Notes: generated from the sequence alone by a model not told the origin. Positions 1 through 15,368 are shown, counted from the first letter of the whole stretch. The stretch: DNA of 63,652 bases, filler included, from Lenisia limosa (GCA_001655205.1; 11 parts of 11 records of this genome joined end to end with filler, not necessarily neighbours in it); one strand, 5' to 3'. Numbers and translations are program-made.

Positions 1-115
1 TTCTCATTGCTATATATAGTGTAATGGTTTCAAATCATTTGCTTTTAAACTCTAAGCACAGTCGCGAATAGAAATTATTCCTTCCCCCCTTCCGATGCTT
101 CTCAACACGACCCAC

Positions 116-352
116 CTCGCCATTACTCTTCAAAGGCCGCCTGTTTGCTCTGACATTCCTTGATTCGGGGCGCTGGAACCGCTGGTTGGCCTCCGTTGTC
201 TTTGTCGATTGGCCTAAGGTTGAGGCCCTGGAGATCGAGGGTTGCAGGCCGCGAAACGAAAGGTCTCCCTGAAAGCGATTCTGGCTTTCATTGTGAACCA
301 AAGGCGCAGAGACTGGCCTTGGAGAGGGCTGGCAATAAGGAGACCGTTTCAT
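116..352 (-). CDS. Possible first exon of a hypothetical low-complexity protein running off the window start
   Basis: Open frame MKRSPYCQPSPRPV...LKSNGE ending at a GAG|GTGGGT donor; divergent from the Patched-family gene. No recognisable domain. Confidence 0.3.
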
Positions 353-762
353 TCTGCTACATTCCTAGTAAATCTTTTTCTGTTGCATTATATTTTATCT
401 ATATTTAGTTAGCGATAAATTATAATGAGCTTGCATTGTCAAAAGGGGGTTGGTTTTTCGGTTTTTTAGTTTTTGCATTTTTGAGGGTGGCATTTTTCGA
501 GTTGGCATATTGACTGATATTATTTGCATTTTTAACTCATTGATATTCTGAATAACTTCGATATTTGGCTTATTCAATTTCATTAGCATAGTAAAAACAT
601 AGTTGCTGATGGTTTTATCATACAACCTCGGCTTTCGGAAATGGAATAAATGCCCGAAAACTATTTTCTTCCAGTCCTCTTCTGCTCGTGCTTTCTCTTG
701 ATATTGTATGTATTAAGAAAGTATATCTATTCCGATAACGTCGCTCTTCTTTTTCTCAAACG

Positions 763-3700
763 ATGGGGCTTTCATCCGTTACTGATGAAAAGGTATGATG
801 GTATGGTGATGATGCCATCATAAATTTTCTTATTTACATGTGGACAATTCAGAGAAGTTTACCGTTCTAGTTCCGCACACTTTTCCTCTGGATAGGAAAG
901 CAGCTCTTCAACCACCCTCGAGCCGTGGTCCTTCTCTGTCTTCTTGTGTTCTCGGTGTTTACGGTGGGCGTGGCATCTGAAAGACGTTTGTCTTACAATT
1001 TAGGCCGGAATGGTGGCTTCCCCAAGTGAAGAACAACAAGGCTTTGAGGAACAATGGATTCCACAGGTAGGCTGAGCGTATACTGCCTCACTTTCCCCTT
1101 TTTTGCTGATTGCTTAGGATTCCCGTGGCCTCTCGGATCAGGCTAAAGTGACGGCAACTTTCGGTAAATCCGAAGGATTTGAAAAGTATGCGGCTGTTTA
1201 CTTGGCTATCTTTACCAAACTTCTCCAAACATGGTTTCAAGAATTAGTGTGGTGTTCGGATTTGAGACCAATATTCTCCTAAAAGCCAATCTTGAAGCGT
1301 CTCTTTCGTCCTTCTTGAATATCGTGGCAGTCAAAGGTGAGACGTATCTCTGATGCCCCACTTTCGGTTAATAATGGAGGAGTGAAATATTTCTATTTAC
1401 CGAGTTTTATCGTAAATGCAGTCTTTTTTTGACCCTTAGAGGGAAGCACAACTGTGGACGATCTCTGTTTTAAGCCGTACCCTACCGCGCCTTGCAAGGT
1501 ACGTCAACTTCGGGCTGTTCTAACCTTTTATGAAAAACAATAAAATAAGGACCTTGAGCAACTTGAAATAATATAGGAATTGAAAAACTGCGACCTTATT
1601 GTATTAAATAAGTGTGGAGTGTGATGTATTGGCTCCCCTTACCTCGGCAGCGTATGGGTCTCTTTGAGGTTTGGAACTTTAACAGCACTCTTCTCGCTTC
1701 AAGGTAGGATTATGCAGAAATGGTAGAATGATTGTATCTGGCTGTCACAATTTCGATTTGTTTTCCTTTTCATTTACATTACAAACACATGACATTGGGG
1801 CATGGCCATTACCCATCTGCAGAACGCAGGATCAGATATTGGATGACATTACGGCGAGTGAAGGTACCGGGCCAACCCATTTGTTTGGCGACCTCACCAA
1901 GGTCATCGGCACCGTTGTGGGCGGTGTGGTTTTGCTAATTGTAACATGGCTTATCTCAAAATATAACATCGATGTTTGCATCTTGTCGATGACCTTCTTC
2001 ACTGACCTTCAAGAAGCGTGATAGTTCGGGGAGAGTTGTGTCCGGAAGCGCAGCCTCCATTGTTATGCTTATGAAGGTGGGGCTTGAATGGATTACTGGA
2101 AAATGAGCGGCTTCCTTTCGTGGTTGTGTTGTTAATACTCTACCACTCTTCTTCGGAGGTAATTTGGTTGTGTTTCATACCTTGCCACTATCTAAGATAT
2201 ATTCACCTGGAAAGTTGGGATGCGGTGCTGNNNNNNNNNNNNNNNNNNNNNNNNNNNNNNNNNNNNNNNNNNNNNNNNNNNNNNNNNNNNNNNNNNNNNN
2301 NNNNNNNNNNNNNAAATTTTTTCAAATTTATTCCCCCCCAATCTACTTCAAATATAATTAATTGCTTGTTTTATTTATTTGGAGTTTCAGAGTTAGTGAT
2401 TTAATACCTTAGGGCGTGGATGAAGAATCAACAGAGGAAGAAGCACTCTTCGATTTTGAAGGCGAAATGGAGGACCAAATCGTAATTGAACAGGTGCGGT
2501 AAGAGGCTAAATTCAATAGTTACATTTGCCTTTGATCACCATTAACTGCAACCTGTCTTTTGAGTCTCGGTTCTTACTCCCACAGGACAATCTTGCACTC
2601 CTCGGAGGAGAGATCTACTATTTCTTCACCCGAAGTATTTCCGATGAACTAGGGGGGGCTATTCGTGGAGACCTTTATTTGGTATGTCATTATGAAGCGA
2701 AACTGTTGCGTTCATTTTCACTGCTGTTTTTCTTAGCTCTCAGGTTCAAGTGGCGATTTATCTCATTCTTGGCTTTGCTGTGCTGGTGATGGCCAAATGT
2801 CACAGTGTCAACTCCAGAACAGGTGGGCAGGAGCGTTGTTCTTTTCTGATGGCTAATTGAATTGTCAGCTATTTCTTAAAGTCAAGAGATTCAAATCTAA
2901 TTATCCATTAACTCTAACCGATGACGTAACAATGCAGGCTTGGCCCTCTTGGCGGTGTCGGCGGTATTTATGGCTGTCGGGTCGGCCTATGGGCTTGGTG
3001 CTTGGCTGGGCATCAAAACTAGTGATGTCGGTATGCGGGGCTCTCTTTTTTAATTAGCATGTATCGTTTTCAGGTTGCTTTCAGACCTGTAATCAATCAT
3101 TTTTCCACGCAATTATGAAATCCTCATTTTCTAAAGAGTGTCACTTGTAAATATGGGTGAACAAACCACTGATATGTTTGAATTGTCTTCCTTACTGTGG
3201 TTCCTCATCTTCCAGTAAACCTTGTCCCGTTCCTCATTTTGGGCATTGGCATTGATGACGCTCTCATTATCCTCGACTGTGAGGGGTCTCTACTGCACCA
3301 TGCGATTCAGACAATAAACTTTTCTCTCTCCCTATTTCCAACAGGCGATAACATTGTAGCCTTCAAGCGAATGCCGACGCGCTTCACACCCCTTGCTCGC
3401 TTCCGCTTCGGTAAGCCGCCCCGTTGCTCAATATCATCTCTTCTTTGAGAATTTCCTTGGACTTCCTTACGGTCTGAAAAAGTTCGTCAAACCGTTATTT
3501 ATCGAGAATTTATCGGGAAATTCAGTCTTTTTTGGGACCGTAGGGAAGGCCAGACATTACATTGAGGTTCTTTCGACTAAAGCCTCATTGGCTTCTTGCC
3601 CGTTTGCTTGCTTCTGACCTTTCAAGGGCTGGCCAACTCCGGGGCCTCCATTACGATGACGTCACTCACGGATATTGTTGTGTTCCTCATCAGCACCACA

Positions 3701-6700
3701 ACAAAACTACCCGCCATGTCTGCGTTTTCAGCCTACGCAGCCATGTCCATCTTCTTCCTTTACGTCTACCAGGTGGGCCCAAGTATCACGAGATAGCATG
3801 TTTGGATCTCAATGCACTTTCTTTTTTGGCCACTCACATCGCTTCAGTCGCTGTTCTTCAGTTCGCAATTAGTATTCGATCAGCGTCGCATCGACTACGG
3901 AAGGTGCGTCTTTTCTTGCTGCTCAAATGCGATCATATATGGGCAATAATTTAAATAAGTGAGGAAAAGTGGTGTTTTTTGCACAAAATAGAAACCCCGT
4001 TTTATACAGGTCAATTTCTGTACCCATAACAGGTCCATACCAAGAAACATATCATCTATCATACAAATGTGCAATAACCGCTGGATCTTTATGACCTAGT
4101 TTCAGTTGAGACTACTGCGAAATAATATTCACCGTGCAGACGTGACTGTTCCTGTTGTATCCCATGCCGGTTCTGCCGCAAGCCGAAACCTGACTCCACC
4201 GTCGCCGACCCGTCTCTGACCATAGTCACCCCTCCGCTGCCTGTCGAAATGGTTTGTCCGGGATATTTATCCTCCCCTGACTATTTAGGTTGATACTGGT
4301 AGTGAAGAAATGAAGGAAAAAGCCGATGAAAAGGGAGAAAACATTGAGAAAACTGAAGAAAAAGAGAAAACTGAAGAAAAAGAGAAAACTGAAGAAATAG
4401 AGAAAACTGAAGAAAATGAAGACAGCATTGTAATTGAGGAAAATTCTCAAGGCATTCAGGAAGCAGAGGCGAAGGAAGAAACCGTAGCTGAAGAAACTGT
4501 GCTGTGCGAGGAAGATATTGTCGAGAGCAACCACGGCAAACTTGTATGCTGGGGGGGGGGGGNNNNNNNNNNNNNNNNNNNNNNNNNNNNNNNNNNNNNN
4601 NNNNNNNNNNNNNNNNNNNNNAATTGCTCAAGACAAAAAGTATCCTCTTTTTAATACGTGTGTGAGAAGAAGTTAAGGTTCAATAACTTCTGCCCCCAGG
4701 AGTACACGAAAGAAGACGAGAAGAGAGAACAAGGCATCATTTACAGCTTCATGAGCGGCGTGTATGGACCCCTTGTTGCTAATCCGGTTTTTGATGTTTG
4801 TGGGAGGCCCCGCTCTTGAGAGCCTGTTTTTCGGTTTTACAAAAGACACTAATTGCCTGTTATAATGCTGCCTTATTTATTTCTCGTTTCAACATAAGAT
4901 ATGATATTTTCTACACCATATTAGATTTTGTACTCGCACCCCTAGCCTTCTACGCCACTTTTTATTTGAAAACAAGAAAGTTCACTAAATACTATCCACG
5001 ATTAATGCATATTCTGAATATCACTAACACATCCTTTTCACTGCTCAGGTCTTCATGATTCTGCTAACAATTGCCCTCTTTGCCATAGCCGCTGCAGGAC
5101 TCTACGCTGTGGGTTACTGGTTATTGGCACTAGTTGATGATGTGGTTGGCTTTGATCTGCAGACTTTTTGTCATCCCTCCCGAACTCACCGAGTAGATGA
5201 ACGAAGACTTGACACTGGAGGACCTAGTACCCGAAGGCTCCTATGTTGCCGACTACTCCATTGTAGGCTTTACTTCTCGAGCAAAAAGATGATTTTTTTT
5301 CTCAAACGCCCGTCGAGTTGATATTTTGCTTGTTGTTTCACATTTTAGTATCTTGAAGATGTTTATCCAAGCTCTGTGTTCTCCGTATGGGGGCCCGACA
5401 GTTTTATATTTTCACCTCCTACCTGTCCTCTGTTACAGTCTCTCCAATGTGTCAAAAAAACTGATATAGATATAAAAAGACCGATTATCCGTCAGTAGCT
5501 CTTAATGGTTGATTTGGAATATATCTCACAGTCCAGGTTCCCTTCTACGTAGACGACTCCACTAACGTGGACCTCTCCAACCCCGAAAACCTCTATGAAC
5601 TGAGGCGACTTGTGCAACTGGCAAACGTGTCTGAAGACTTCGACAACTCCCAAGTTTGCAGGGCTGAAAACAGCATTATTATGATTGGTCCTTGATAACC
5701 TGTCACTTGACCCCCCAGGTAGACTCCTGGGTGGAGAACTTTGCCACATATCTGAAGGCCACCAACTTCACTACTTACAAGGACACTGAGCTTCCTATTC
5801 AGGCCGAGTTCTACACTGCCCTTTCGGTTGGCGTCTTTTGGGCTTATTTAGGGCGTCTTTTGGCTTATTTAGGGCTGGCTTCTTTTTAACTCTTATTGAC
5901 AGCATTCCAATCCTTTATCCGCTCACTGACCTCTTAAGGCCTTCATGAGCCTCCCTCAAAACGGCAAGTTCAAAGGTGACCTTGTATATCGCAAGTCTGT
6001 CCTTGTGTCTTGTAGAATTGAGGTGGGCTAATGGCCAAGAAAACCCATGAACATACGGATAAGCCTGGACCGATTTTCATTGGGAAATCATGCAGCAAAT
6101 TGGTCAAGACTTATCCCCATAAACATTGTGATTGTTGTAACGTCGTAGCTTGGCATGTGGGCGATGAACGATAGTCTTGGCCTCGTGTACAACATGGACA
6201 AGTCAAGAGAGCTCTCAGATCAACTCGATATCGCAGTGTACCCCTACAATTCCATGTTTTTGACTGGCGAACAAAATGCTGTAATTAAGTTGGGTGGGGG
6301 GGGCATGGCGTATTAAGTTGGGGCATGGTATAAATATATATTGCCGTCATCATGCTTAAAGATCCATAGATTCACTAACGAGAAAAAGCCGAAAACAACG
6401 TTATTGGCTTGGAAGGGAGGGTGGGAACAAGGCTTCTGCAGAGGCATTTTCTGACATTTTAGGACGGAAACGATTCAGAACATCTCCTTCGCCTTCTTAT
6501 CTTGTTTCCTTATCATGGTGTTCTTCCTTCCATTGCACGTAGGTGGATTTCGAATACGTAATTTCTTCTGAAATGGGGTAGTACATGCACTGGCTGTGAT
6601 ATGCCTTGACCGATTATTTAAAAGGAATCTGATTTGTACGTCAAGACTTATTACGGGTTGTGGCTTTGTTTATTTTGTTGTTATCAACCCTTNNNNNNNN

Positions 6701-7848
6701 NNNNNNNNNNNNNNNNNNNNNNNNNNNNNNNNNNNNNNNNNNNNNNNNNNNNNNNNNNNNNNNNNNNNNNNNNNNNNNNNNNNNNNNNNNNNNNNNNNNA
6801 CCTGCTTGGTGAGCGTTCTCTTCGACACCTCTTCACATCACCCCATTCCTAGCACCATAATTCTTCATTGCTCATCAACCCTTTCTTTTCCGCATCATTG
6901 AAGCGTGTTCATTGTTCAGGCTTGGCCTACTACTGGGGTTTGTCCATCAATTCCATCACTGTGGCCTTCGTTATCATCAGGTGGGTAGGCGTGTTCTCCA
7001 CCCAACATATTGTCAAACTTCATTTCACAAATTATTTCCAAATATTGAACGGAGCTTTCTAGTTTTTGAGGGTTCACCGCTGCCTAAAGGACGGTATTCA
7101 ATAAAGCCTTGATCAGCATCAATATATTCAGACAAGTATAATACCCTGAAATATATTTACGGTGTAGCACGGGGCTCAGTATCGACTACTCAGCCCACAC
7201 CGCGGCCCATTTTGTCCACTCCCCTGGCAATGCAGCAGCCAAGGTACCGTGATGCATTTTGGGAATTGCGTTATGAATGCTCCATCTCATGTGGTGTAGT
7301 ATTTTATGATATACTATTCCATCAATAATATCATATAGTATTATTGATATGATTCTTTCATTACAGCATTTGAATAAAGGGTGTCTACTTTTATGGATAA
7401 TTTTTTTCGCAAATAAAACCTCTCAAAGTTCTAATTGCACAGGCGCTGTCAACAATGTCCACAATGGGAGCGTCAGTAACCAACGGGGCCCTTTCCACCC
7501 TGGTCGGCATTTCGGCCCTCGTGTTCGCAAAGTCCGCCATCTTCGTCGTCTTCTTCAAGGTCGGCAACAATTCTGTCAAACCTATAATGTACAGATTGGC
7601 TTTTTCTTTTAACTTCCTTGTTTTTGGTTGCCCCCTTATGTTCAGATGATGTTCCTGACGGTCCTTTTGGGTCTCTTCCACGGTATGGTGTTCTTGCCCT
7701 GTTGCCTGACCCTTCTGACAAGAATTTGTCGTGGGAGGGGGGGGGTTCTACAATGATAGGGCTATTGCAATTCTAATTTTGTTAAACTCTTATTTTCGCT
7801 CATCATTCAGACAAGCCAACCAAAGCAAATTCAACTCCAACAGCTTAG
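763..7848 (+). CDS. Patched/NPC1-family (RND superfamily) sterol-sensing-domain membrane transporter, multi-exon
   Basis: Spliced exons give TM1 (GKQLFNHPRAVVLLCLLVFSVF), EEQWIPQDSRGLSDQAKVTATFG, SSD LVPFLILGIGIDDALII (GxxxDD), GLANSGASITMTSLTDIVVFLISTTTKLPAMSAFSAYAAMSIFFLYVYQ, TM10 GLSIDYSAH, MGASVTNGALSTLVGISALVFAKSAIFVVFFK and MMFLTVLLGLFHGMVFLP; stop TAG at 7846-7848. The start ATG at 763 is tentative. Confidence 0.9.
2205..2340 (-). repeat. R1 intronic dispersed repeat (centre in N gap)
   Basis: tgggatgcggtgctg-N83-aaattttttcaaatttattcccccc, the reverse complement of the R1 ends, inside a Patched-family intron. Confidence 0.75.
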
Positions 7849-7973
7849 AGCATGGCACTTGTTTTTATTATTATGAGGCCGTGGGGGCTCTCAAATTTGG
7901 AATAGCATCTCAATTTTTTATCCCATCCTTGGATCTTTGTTTGGAAGGGGAAACAAACAGTACATTGAAGAAA

Positions 7974-10560
7974 CTAAAGCAAGCTACGGATTTTACGGGC
8001 CATGAGGGGGATGAAACGCTGTTGAGACAATTCATCCTGGGGGGGGGGGGNNNNNNNNNNNNNNNNNNNNNNNNNNNNNNNNNNNNNNNNNNNNNNNNNN
8101 NNNNNNNNNNNNNNNNNNNNNNNNNNNNNNNNNNNNNNNNNNNTACACACCTCGGGCACCAGGGCTATAAGTGGCGGTAACACAGGGGACAACACCGACG
8201 CGAGGCTTCGACGCAATGATGCCGCCTCTGCGGCCGGGAGGACTGCATGGTTAACACAGTAAAGCAACAGTATAACAGTCACCCCCAATTAAATCCGAAG
8301 ACACGCACCATTTGGAGAAAGGAAGAGGGAGGTGTAGCGCTGGAGCAGAACAAGCGTGGCTTCTAGCGTTCGCTTAGCCACTACCGAGCCTAATGAACGT
8401 CAGTACTGAAACAGCACGGAACCTATCCCCCCAAATGTCCCGCCAACAGAGTTGATAAAGGTTCTATTTTGTTTCACAATGGTACTCCCCCCCCCCCAAC
8501 CAGTCTTATCTCGACTGGCTGTGACAAGGAGCTCTGAAATGCTTGATATGGGGAGTTGCGTGTAGGCGAGACGAGACCCTAAAGCGTGACTCTTCCATTC
8601 TGAGTGTTATGGATAGCTCCAGATGTATGGAAGCTGATTAACAACTCATTTGACCCGAGATGAGAGCTGCGGGTCTTCTCATTATCCTTGATAAATATTG
8701 ATATTTTGTTTTGCTTCCGATTTGTATCCCCCCCCCCCACCTGCAGGGAAGGGTGAGCCGTCACAGCAGAACACCGGCGTAGTGACCGGGATCTGACAGG
8801 CAACCTCCAGGAGGTGACAGACTGTAGGAGGTCAAACGGGGTAAATCAAGGTGAACGATGGCATAAGGGATGCCATCATTGACAATTTAACAATAATAAC
8901 TCTCTTGGCCTCAAGGGTCAATATGTTGACATCTATCTGGCATCTTGATGTTGGGTAAATTACCTTTTTCTTATTTCATGAAAGACAAAAAGTATCCTCT
9001 AAGTGTGTAGGTTCGTCCTTATGACCTCAAAGGAGGCAGGTCACACATACATACGTATATATATACTAATATACATATAATTATGTGTAATTACGTGTAC
9101 ATATGATATTCTACTATTATATGATAAGTATGGTGTTCTATACAACATATGATGTCTCCAAGTGCGGCAATAGATGTGCACCTCTTGATAACCCCGTACC
9201 AGTTTCAGAGAGGAGGGGAAGGCAGGTGGCGGAGAGGTTGGGGAAGGAGGACGGGTTACTGCAATGTCACAAATGAACCAATAACTAAGGAATAGNNNNN
9301 NNNNNNNNNNNNNNNNNNNNNNNNNNNNNNNNNNNNNNNNNNNNNNNNNNNNNNNNNNNNNNNNNNNNNNNNNNNNNNNNNNNNNNNNNNNNNNNNNNNN
9401 NNNNNNNNNNNNNNNNNNNNNNNNNNNNNNNCGAGACGGCTGAGGATGACTGATGCTCTTGCGGCAAGCTGCAGCGAATACTCCGTGGCAGGATGGATTG
9501 CTACAGGGCATGAGGTTCTGCTGGTTTGCTTTTGAGAAAGTAGAAGTATGTTTTGTGGCCATTGTTAAGGTAAGTTAAAGTACTGACAAAAGGATATCAA
9601 GTTATCGAAATGTTCGATAGCCATCTTTTTAGACTGCAACCCCCAACCTACGGCTGATAAGTCCGACAATGTTGCGTTCGGTCACCCATTTGCCAATGAA
9701 AAGCGCAATTTCCTCTTGCTTCGGTAGACTCCTACTCGGTCAAAAACGGCATAGCGACCACTACTACTACGGTTTCATCACAGATCAAGTAAACATCAAA
9801 CTAGAAGCTGTGCACAGAAATAATCACGGGGGAGCAGTCAGAACTACCTACCCCTCTTTCCAAAGAACTTTTCTNNNNNNNNNNNNNNNNNNNNNNNNNN
9901 NNNNNNNNNNNNNNNNNNNNNNNNNNNNNNNNNNNNNNNNNNNNNNNNNNNNNNNNNNNNNNNNNNNNNNNNNNNNNNNNNNNNNNNNNNNNNNNNNAAT
10001 TCAGCGTAATTCTGGAACACGAGGGGGCCTGTTGCGGGAGTACCAAGGCTGAAACAGTCAATCATATCGTGTTTACTTCTCTTGAAAACTAAGAAATAGA
10101 TATTCATTATTCTCTGCGGTCCGAAAAAGACCGTCAAAATATCAATATATCGAGGATTGATCAAGATTCCCTACAGACATGCTAGTAGTGCAAGTCAAGC
10201 CGCAGATGGCAGCAACAACGCCTCTCTCCCAAAGAGCCGCGGCACCGAGGGGAGTCCTGGAGCATGAGGTGTAATATGACTGATAATCTGATTGGCTGTG
10301 GAGTTGAAATAGCCCAGGAAATATAGCAACATTACGAAGATAGCCTGAATATCCCCCCCCCCACTCCGCGATGGTCATGAGGAAGGCCATTCTTGCCCTG
10401 ACTTCATAGAGCGGCTCTCTGGTGGTCTTGGACGCCGTCTTGACAAGCAGGTTCCTAAGGGCAGTTTCGCTCTCAGTGATGTCGGTGGCAATGCTGTTGA
10501 TGTAGCCATGCCGGGCGATATGCTGGACCGTGCGCTGGCCACGGTCAACGCGCACCTGAT
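7974..10560 (-). CDS. Hypothetical multi-exon, probably alpha-helical protein (5'-truncated at contig linker)
   Basis: Series of minus-strand GT-AG exons, e.g. RNLLVKTASKTTREPLYEVRARMAFLMTIAE, SLPKQEEIALFIGKWVTERNIVGLISR, GSRLAYTQLPISSISELLVTASRDKT, HAVLPAAEAASLRRSLASVL. Family not recognised. Confidence 0.5.
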
Positions 10561-10577
10561 ATATCAGCGTGCTTCAN

Positions 10578-10676
10578 NNNNNNNNNNNNNNNNNNNNNNN
10601 NNNNNNNNNNNNNNNNNNNNTTAATTAATTAANNNNNNNNNNNNNNNNNNNNNNNNNNNNNNNNNNNNNNNNNNNN
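10578..10676. other. Artificial contig-joining spacer (N-run + TTAATTAATTAA + N-run); same spacer at 12337, 39008, 41322, 51969, 53457, 54601, 56877, 59413, 62334
   Basis: Identical 12-mer (stop codons in all six frames) centred in a roughly 100-bp N block, ten times in the window. Confidence 0.95.
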
Positions 10677-10790
10677 AAAATTGAAAAATTTATGAACAAA
10701 AAAAGTCCAGAATCAACTCTGTTGGCTGACAACAGAAAAGGGTTAATAACAACAAAAACAAATAAAACCCAGGCCAGTCGCTTCCATAAT
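10677..10790 (+). repeat. R1 intronic dispersed repeat
   Basis: aaaattgaaaaatttatgaac...aatcaactctgttggctgacaac...gggttaataacaacaaaaac...cccaggccagtcgcttc. Confidence 0.85.
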
Positions 10791-10818
10791 AATTCAATAG
10801 TCAACATGTGACCCCACT

Positions 10819-10917
10819 TGAGCTTCAGTTTGGTTCGAAAAAGATCGGTAAAATATCGATAGTTTTCGAGGATTTATCGAGTAATTCATATTTTTTTCGA
10901 ACCGAAGTGAAGGCCCA
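10819..10917. mobile_element. R2 MITE copy (further copies at about 3450-3550, 38423-38505, 56636-56732, 58820-58930, 60550-60632; remnants near 24935, 25270, 61830, 63425)
   Basis: AGCTTCAGTTTGGTTCGAAAAAGA...ATCGATAGTTTTCGAGGATTTATCGAG core...TTTTTCGAACCGAAGTGAAGGC. Confidence 0.75.
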
Positions 10918-10940
10918 ATCAATATGGGGCCTCACCCCAC

Positions 10941-12255
10941 CTGGTTAGCACCAAAGTCTATGGTTTCATCCGAGCCCTTGGTTCCTGATAGAAGAAGCGC
11001 AAGTTGCGCCGGCGTGGTAGATGGCAGCAAAAGCGGCTTCGGACCCCTAGAAAACAATTAATACATTCACCAGAAAATAATTAATACATGCACCAAAATC
11101 GTAACAGAGTCTAGATTCTGAGATGAAATTACGAATTCTGTAACAGCGTGGTTTAGGGCTTCTGAGGATAATGGGAATCCCATATGAGAAGTATTGAGCA
11201 TGCGTGCTATTATTAATCCAAAATAGGGGGGCCGTACTTGAAGATTCCGGCGTCTGGGTCGAGCTTATCCACAGCGTCAGGGAAATTGTGGTCTAAATTG
11301 TGAGTATCAGGGAAAATATAGTCAAAATTATGAGGCTCTAAGAACCCCCAGAAAAAATAAATGATATTATCCCCTTCTAAACTGCCGGAGCCTGATAGGT
11401 CATAACATACATTTGACTGTTTGAAATAAACATAACCTATTTCTCCATCCTATATATTATGAATGTAGGAAAACTATCCTGGTCAATCCGCGGTTCTGGT
11501 GATAAAGCTATCCTGGTCAATCCGCGGTTCTAGTGATAAAACTATCCTGGTCAATCCGTGGTTCTGGTGATAAAGCTATCTTAAGCCCTCTGTAGAGCAT
11601 AACCAGATTTACCAGCCAACAGAGTTGATTTGGGCTTTCTTGTTTCATAAATATTCCAATTTTACTCCCCCCCCCTCCAACAAATAAGATTCACCACAGT
11701 TGAAGCAAGTCTTAGAATCCCGGCATGGGTACGGTAGTTCTGAAGAAGCTGCCAGATTTTGGGGACAACAACCGGTTGATGCATGTCTTGGAGGCGCTGA
11801 GGAACAATTGCGTTGTCTGCAGAGTGAAACTCAAAAGCCCCAAAAAAACTAATTCTATTGATAAATCCTCGACAAAATTTCGATAATAAAGCTGACACAC
11901 ATTGCCATCCATATAATATGAAACTTGTAATTAACACAAAACGTAATAACAATTATGAAGATTAACTCAAACAAGGCCCTTCCACATACTTGACAGCAAA
12001 CAAGGCCCCTCCACATACTTGACAGATTTTACCCTCCCTCCCCTCAAACATACATATCATATCATATTGTTCATAAAAAACCCTTTCATCAATTTTTATT
12101 TTAAAAAAATAAGGACGCTAAAAACAATACCGCCATTTTTAGATGAGCTCATATACCCAGCCCCACGGTCTGGTTCGAAAATTTCAATAGCGTAAGGGAA
12201 GCCTCCTGCATTTTGAACAGCCGCTCTCGCCTGCTCCTCATGGTAGAAGAGGGAT
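10941..12255 (-). CDS. TRANK1-like UvrD/superfamily-1 helicase, internal fragment
   Basis: Joined exons RSLFYHEEQ... and IWQLLQNYRTHAGILRLASTV...HNFPDAVDKLDPDAGIFKGPKPLLLPSTTPAQLALLLSGTKGSDETIDFGANQ match the recalled TRANK1 segment (QNYRSHSGIL...FPESFDRLPRDSGLFDGPKP...IEFGAHQ). Confidence 0.8.
11474..11580. repeat. Tandem repeat, 34-bp unit x3
   Basis: ctatcctggtcaatccgcggttctggtgataaag, in a TRANK1-like intron. Confidence 0.9.
11605..11672 (-). repeat. R1 partial copy, inverted relative to the usual host orientation
   Basis: cagccaacagagttgatttgggc...tttcataaatattccaattttactcccccc, about 20 nt inside the donor of a TRANK1-like intron. Confidence 0.8.
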
Positions 12256-12392
12256 CTGAGTGATAAGTTTCATTACTAGCATTGTAAAAATANNNNNNNN
12301 NNNNNNNNNNNNNNNNNNNNNNNNNNNNNNNNNNNNTTAATTAATTAANNNNNNNNNNNNNNNNNNNNNNNNNNNNNNNNNNNNNNNNNNNN

Positions 12393-14378
<1,986 letters not shown>

Positions 14379-14551
14379 AGTATCCGTCGTATATTGGATC
14401 AATGGAGAAAATAAGAAAACGAAAAATAGCAAAAATATTTAAAGCTTATATACCTAGGTATGCGCCTATCCAAGTTATTGCATTTAGCCATTCTTTTTGC
14501 ACTTCCACCATTCTCTTTGGGTGTTGATCTCAGTTATCCTATCAACTGAGA

Positions 14552-15337
14552 ATGGCAAGGAAAAAAAGAACGAGAGGCAGTTCTGTTAAGGAAACAGTCC
14601 TTGTTGGAGACAATGATCCCATCCCTGAGACCTGGGATGAAATTGCTGACCATATTTTAGACGCATACAAGACAATTGTTTTTCCTTTCGCGGAAGGTCT
14701 GTTGGAATCGTGCTGCATTCTTCATATTTAAGCCTTCTTCGCCCAGTTTAACGCTCTCTAGACTTTAGGGAACTAAAGGGTCAGTATATGTTCAGCCCCT
14801 TGGCGATTCGCATCATCCTGGAAGGGGCACAGTCATGGGAGGTGCCGGAAGACCAGCTCTTCGCGTACTCCAAAGTCAAAGGAGAGAAGGTTGGAAGGGG
14901 TTTTTCGGAGACTGAAGTGGAAATAATTATTGATTAATGACGCAAACCAAGAGTGATGGACTCTTTGTGACATATCCTGCTGTTATAACTCAAAGTGCTC
15001 AGAGGTTATGAGATTATATTGTGTAACATCTAAGTGCTTTGTAAAGCCGAATAATTATTATTAAGTTATAGGAAGTAGAGCTTAACTTGAAATCAGGGGG
15101 CAATAGCTTAGAAGGCCACTTGTAAGGTTTAACATGGAGTGTTTGTTCTGAAGAAGTCATAAAAGTCAGAAGCTAGGTGGCATCATTCTTTCTAATTCAT
15201 TTTTCATTTATCAAGTAGAACGACAGCTTTATAATGCCGTATTACATTATCATCATTGCCCAAGTCCCCGTACACATTCTAACATGGTAGCTAAAGGCGT
15301 TGCTCGCGTCCCCCGAGGCCCCTTGGGAGCCATGTGA
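14552..15337 (+). CDS. Hypothetical small protein
   Basis: Exons MARKKRTRGSSVKETVLVGDNDPIPETWDEIADHILDAYK, PLAIRIILEGAQSWEVPEDQLFAYSKVKGEK and a possible terminal SPRTHSNMVAKGVARVPRGPLGAM*. The joins were not fully resolved. Confidence 0.3.
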
Positions 15338-15368
15338 CCAAGATGGCAGACCGCTGGTCGCCGTCATA

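Noticed and set aside
1003-1160. Alternative frame PEWWLPQVKNNKALRNNGFHRIPVASRIRLK* as a small basic ribosomal-like protein
   Set aside because: The other frame (EEQWIPQDSRGLSDQAKVTATFG) fits the Patched/NPC1 luminal motif and is in phase with neighbouring exons.
10621-10632. Recurrent palindromic TTAATTAATTAA as a regulatory or recombination site
   Set aside because: Always centred in a roughly 100-bp N block; an assembly concatenation spacer, so gene neighbourhoods across it are not meaningful.
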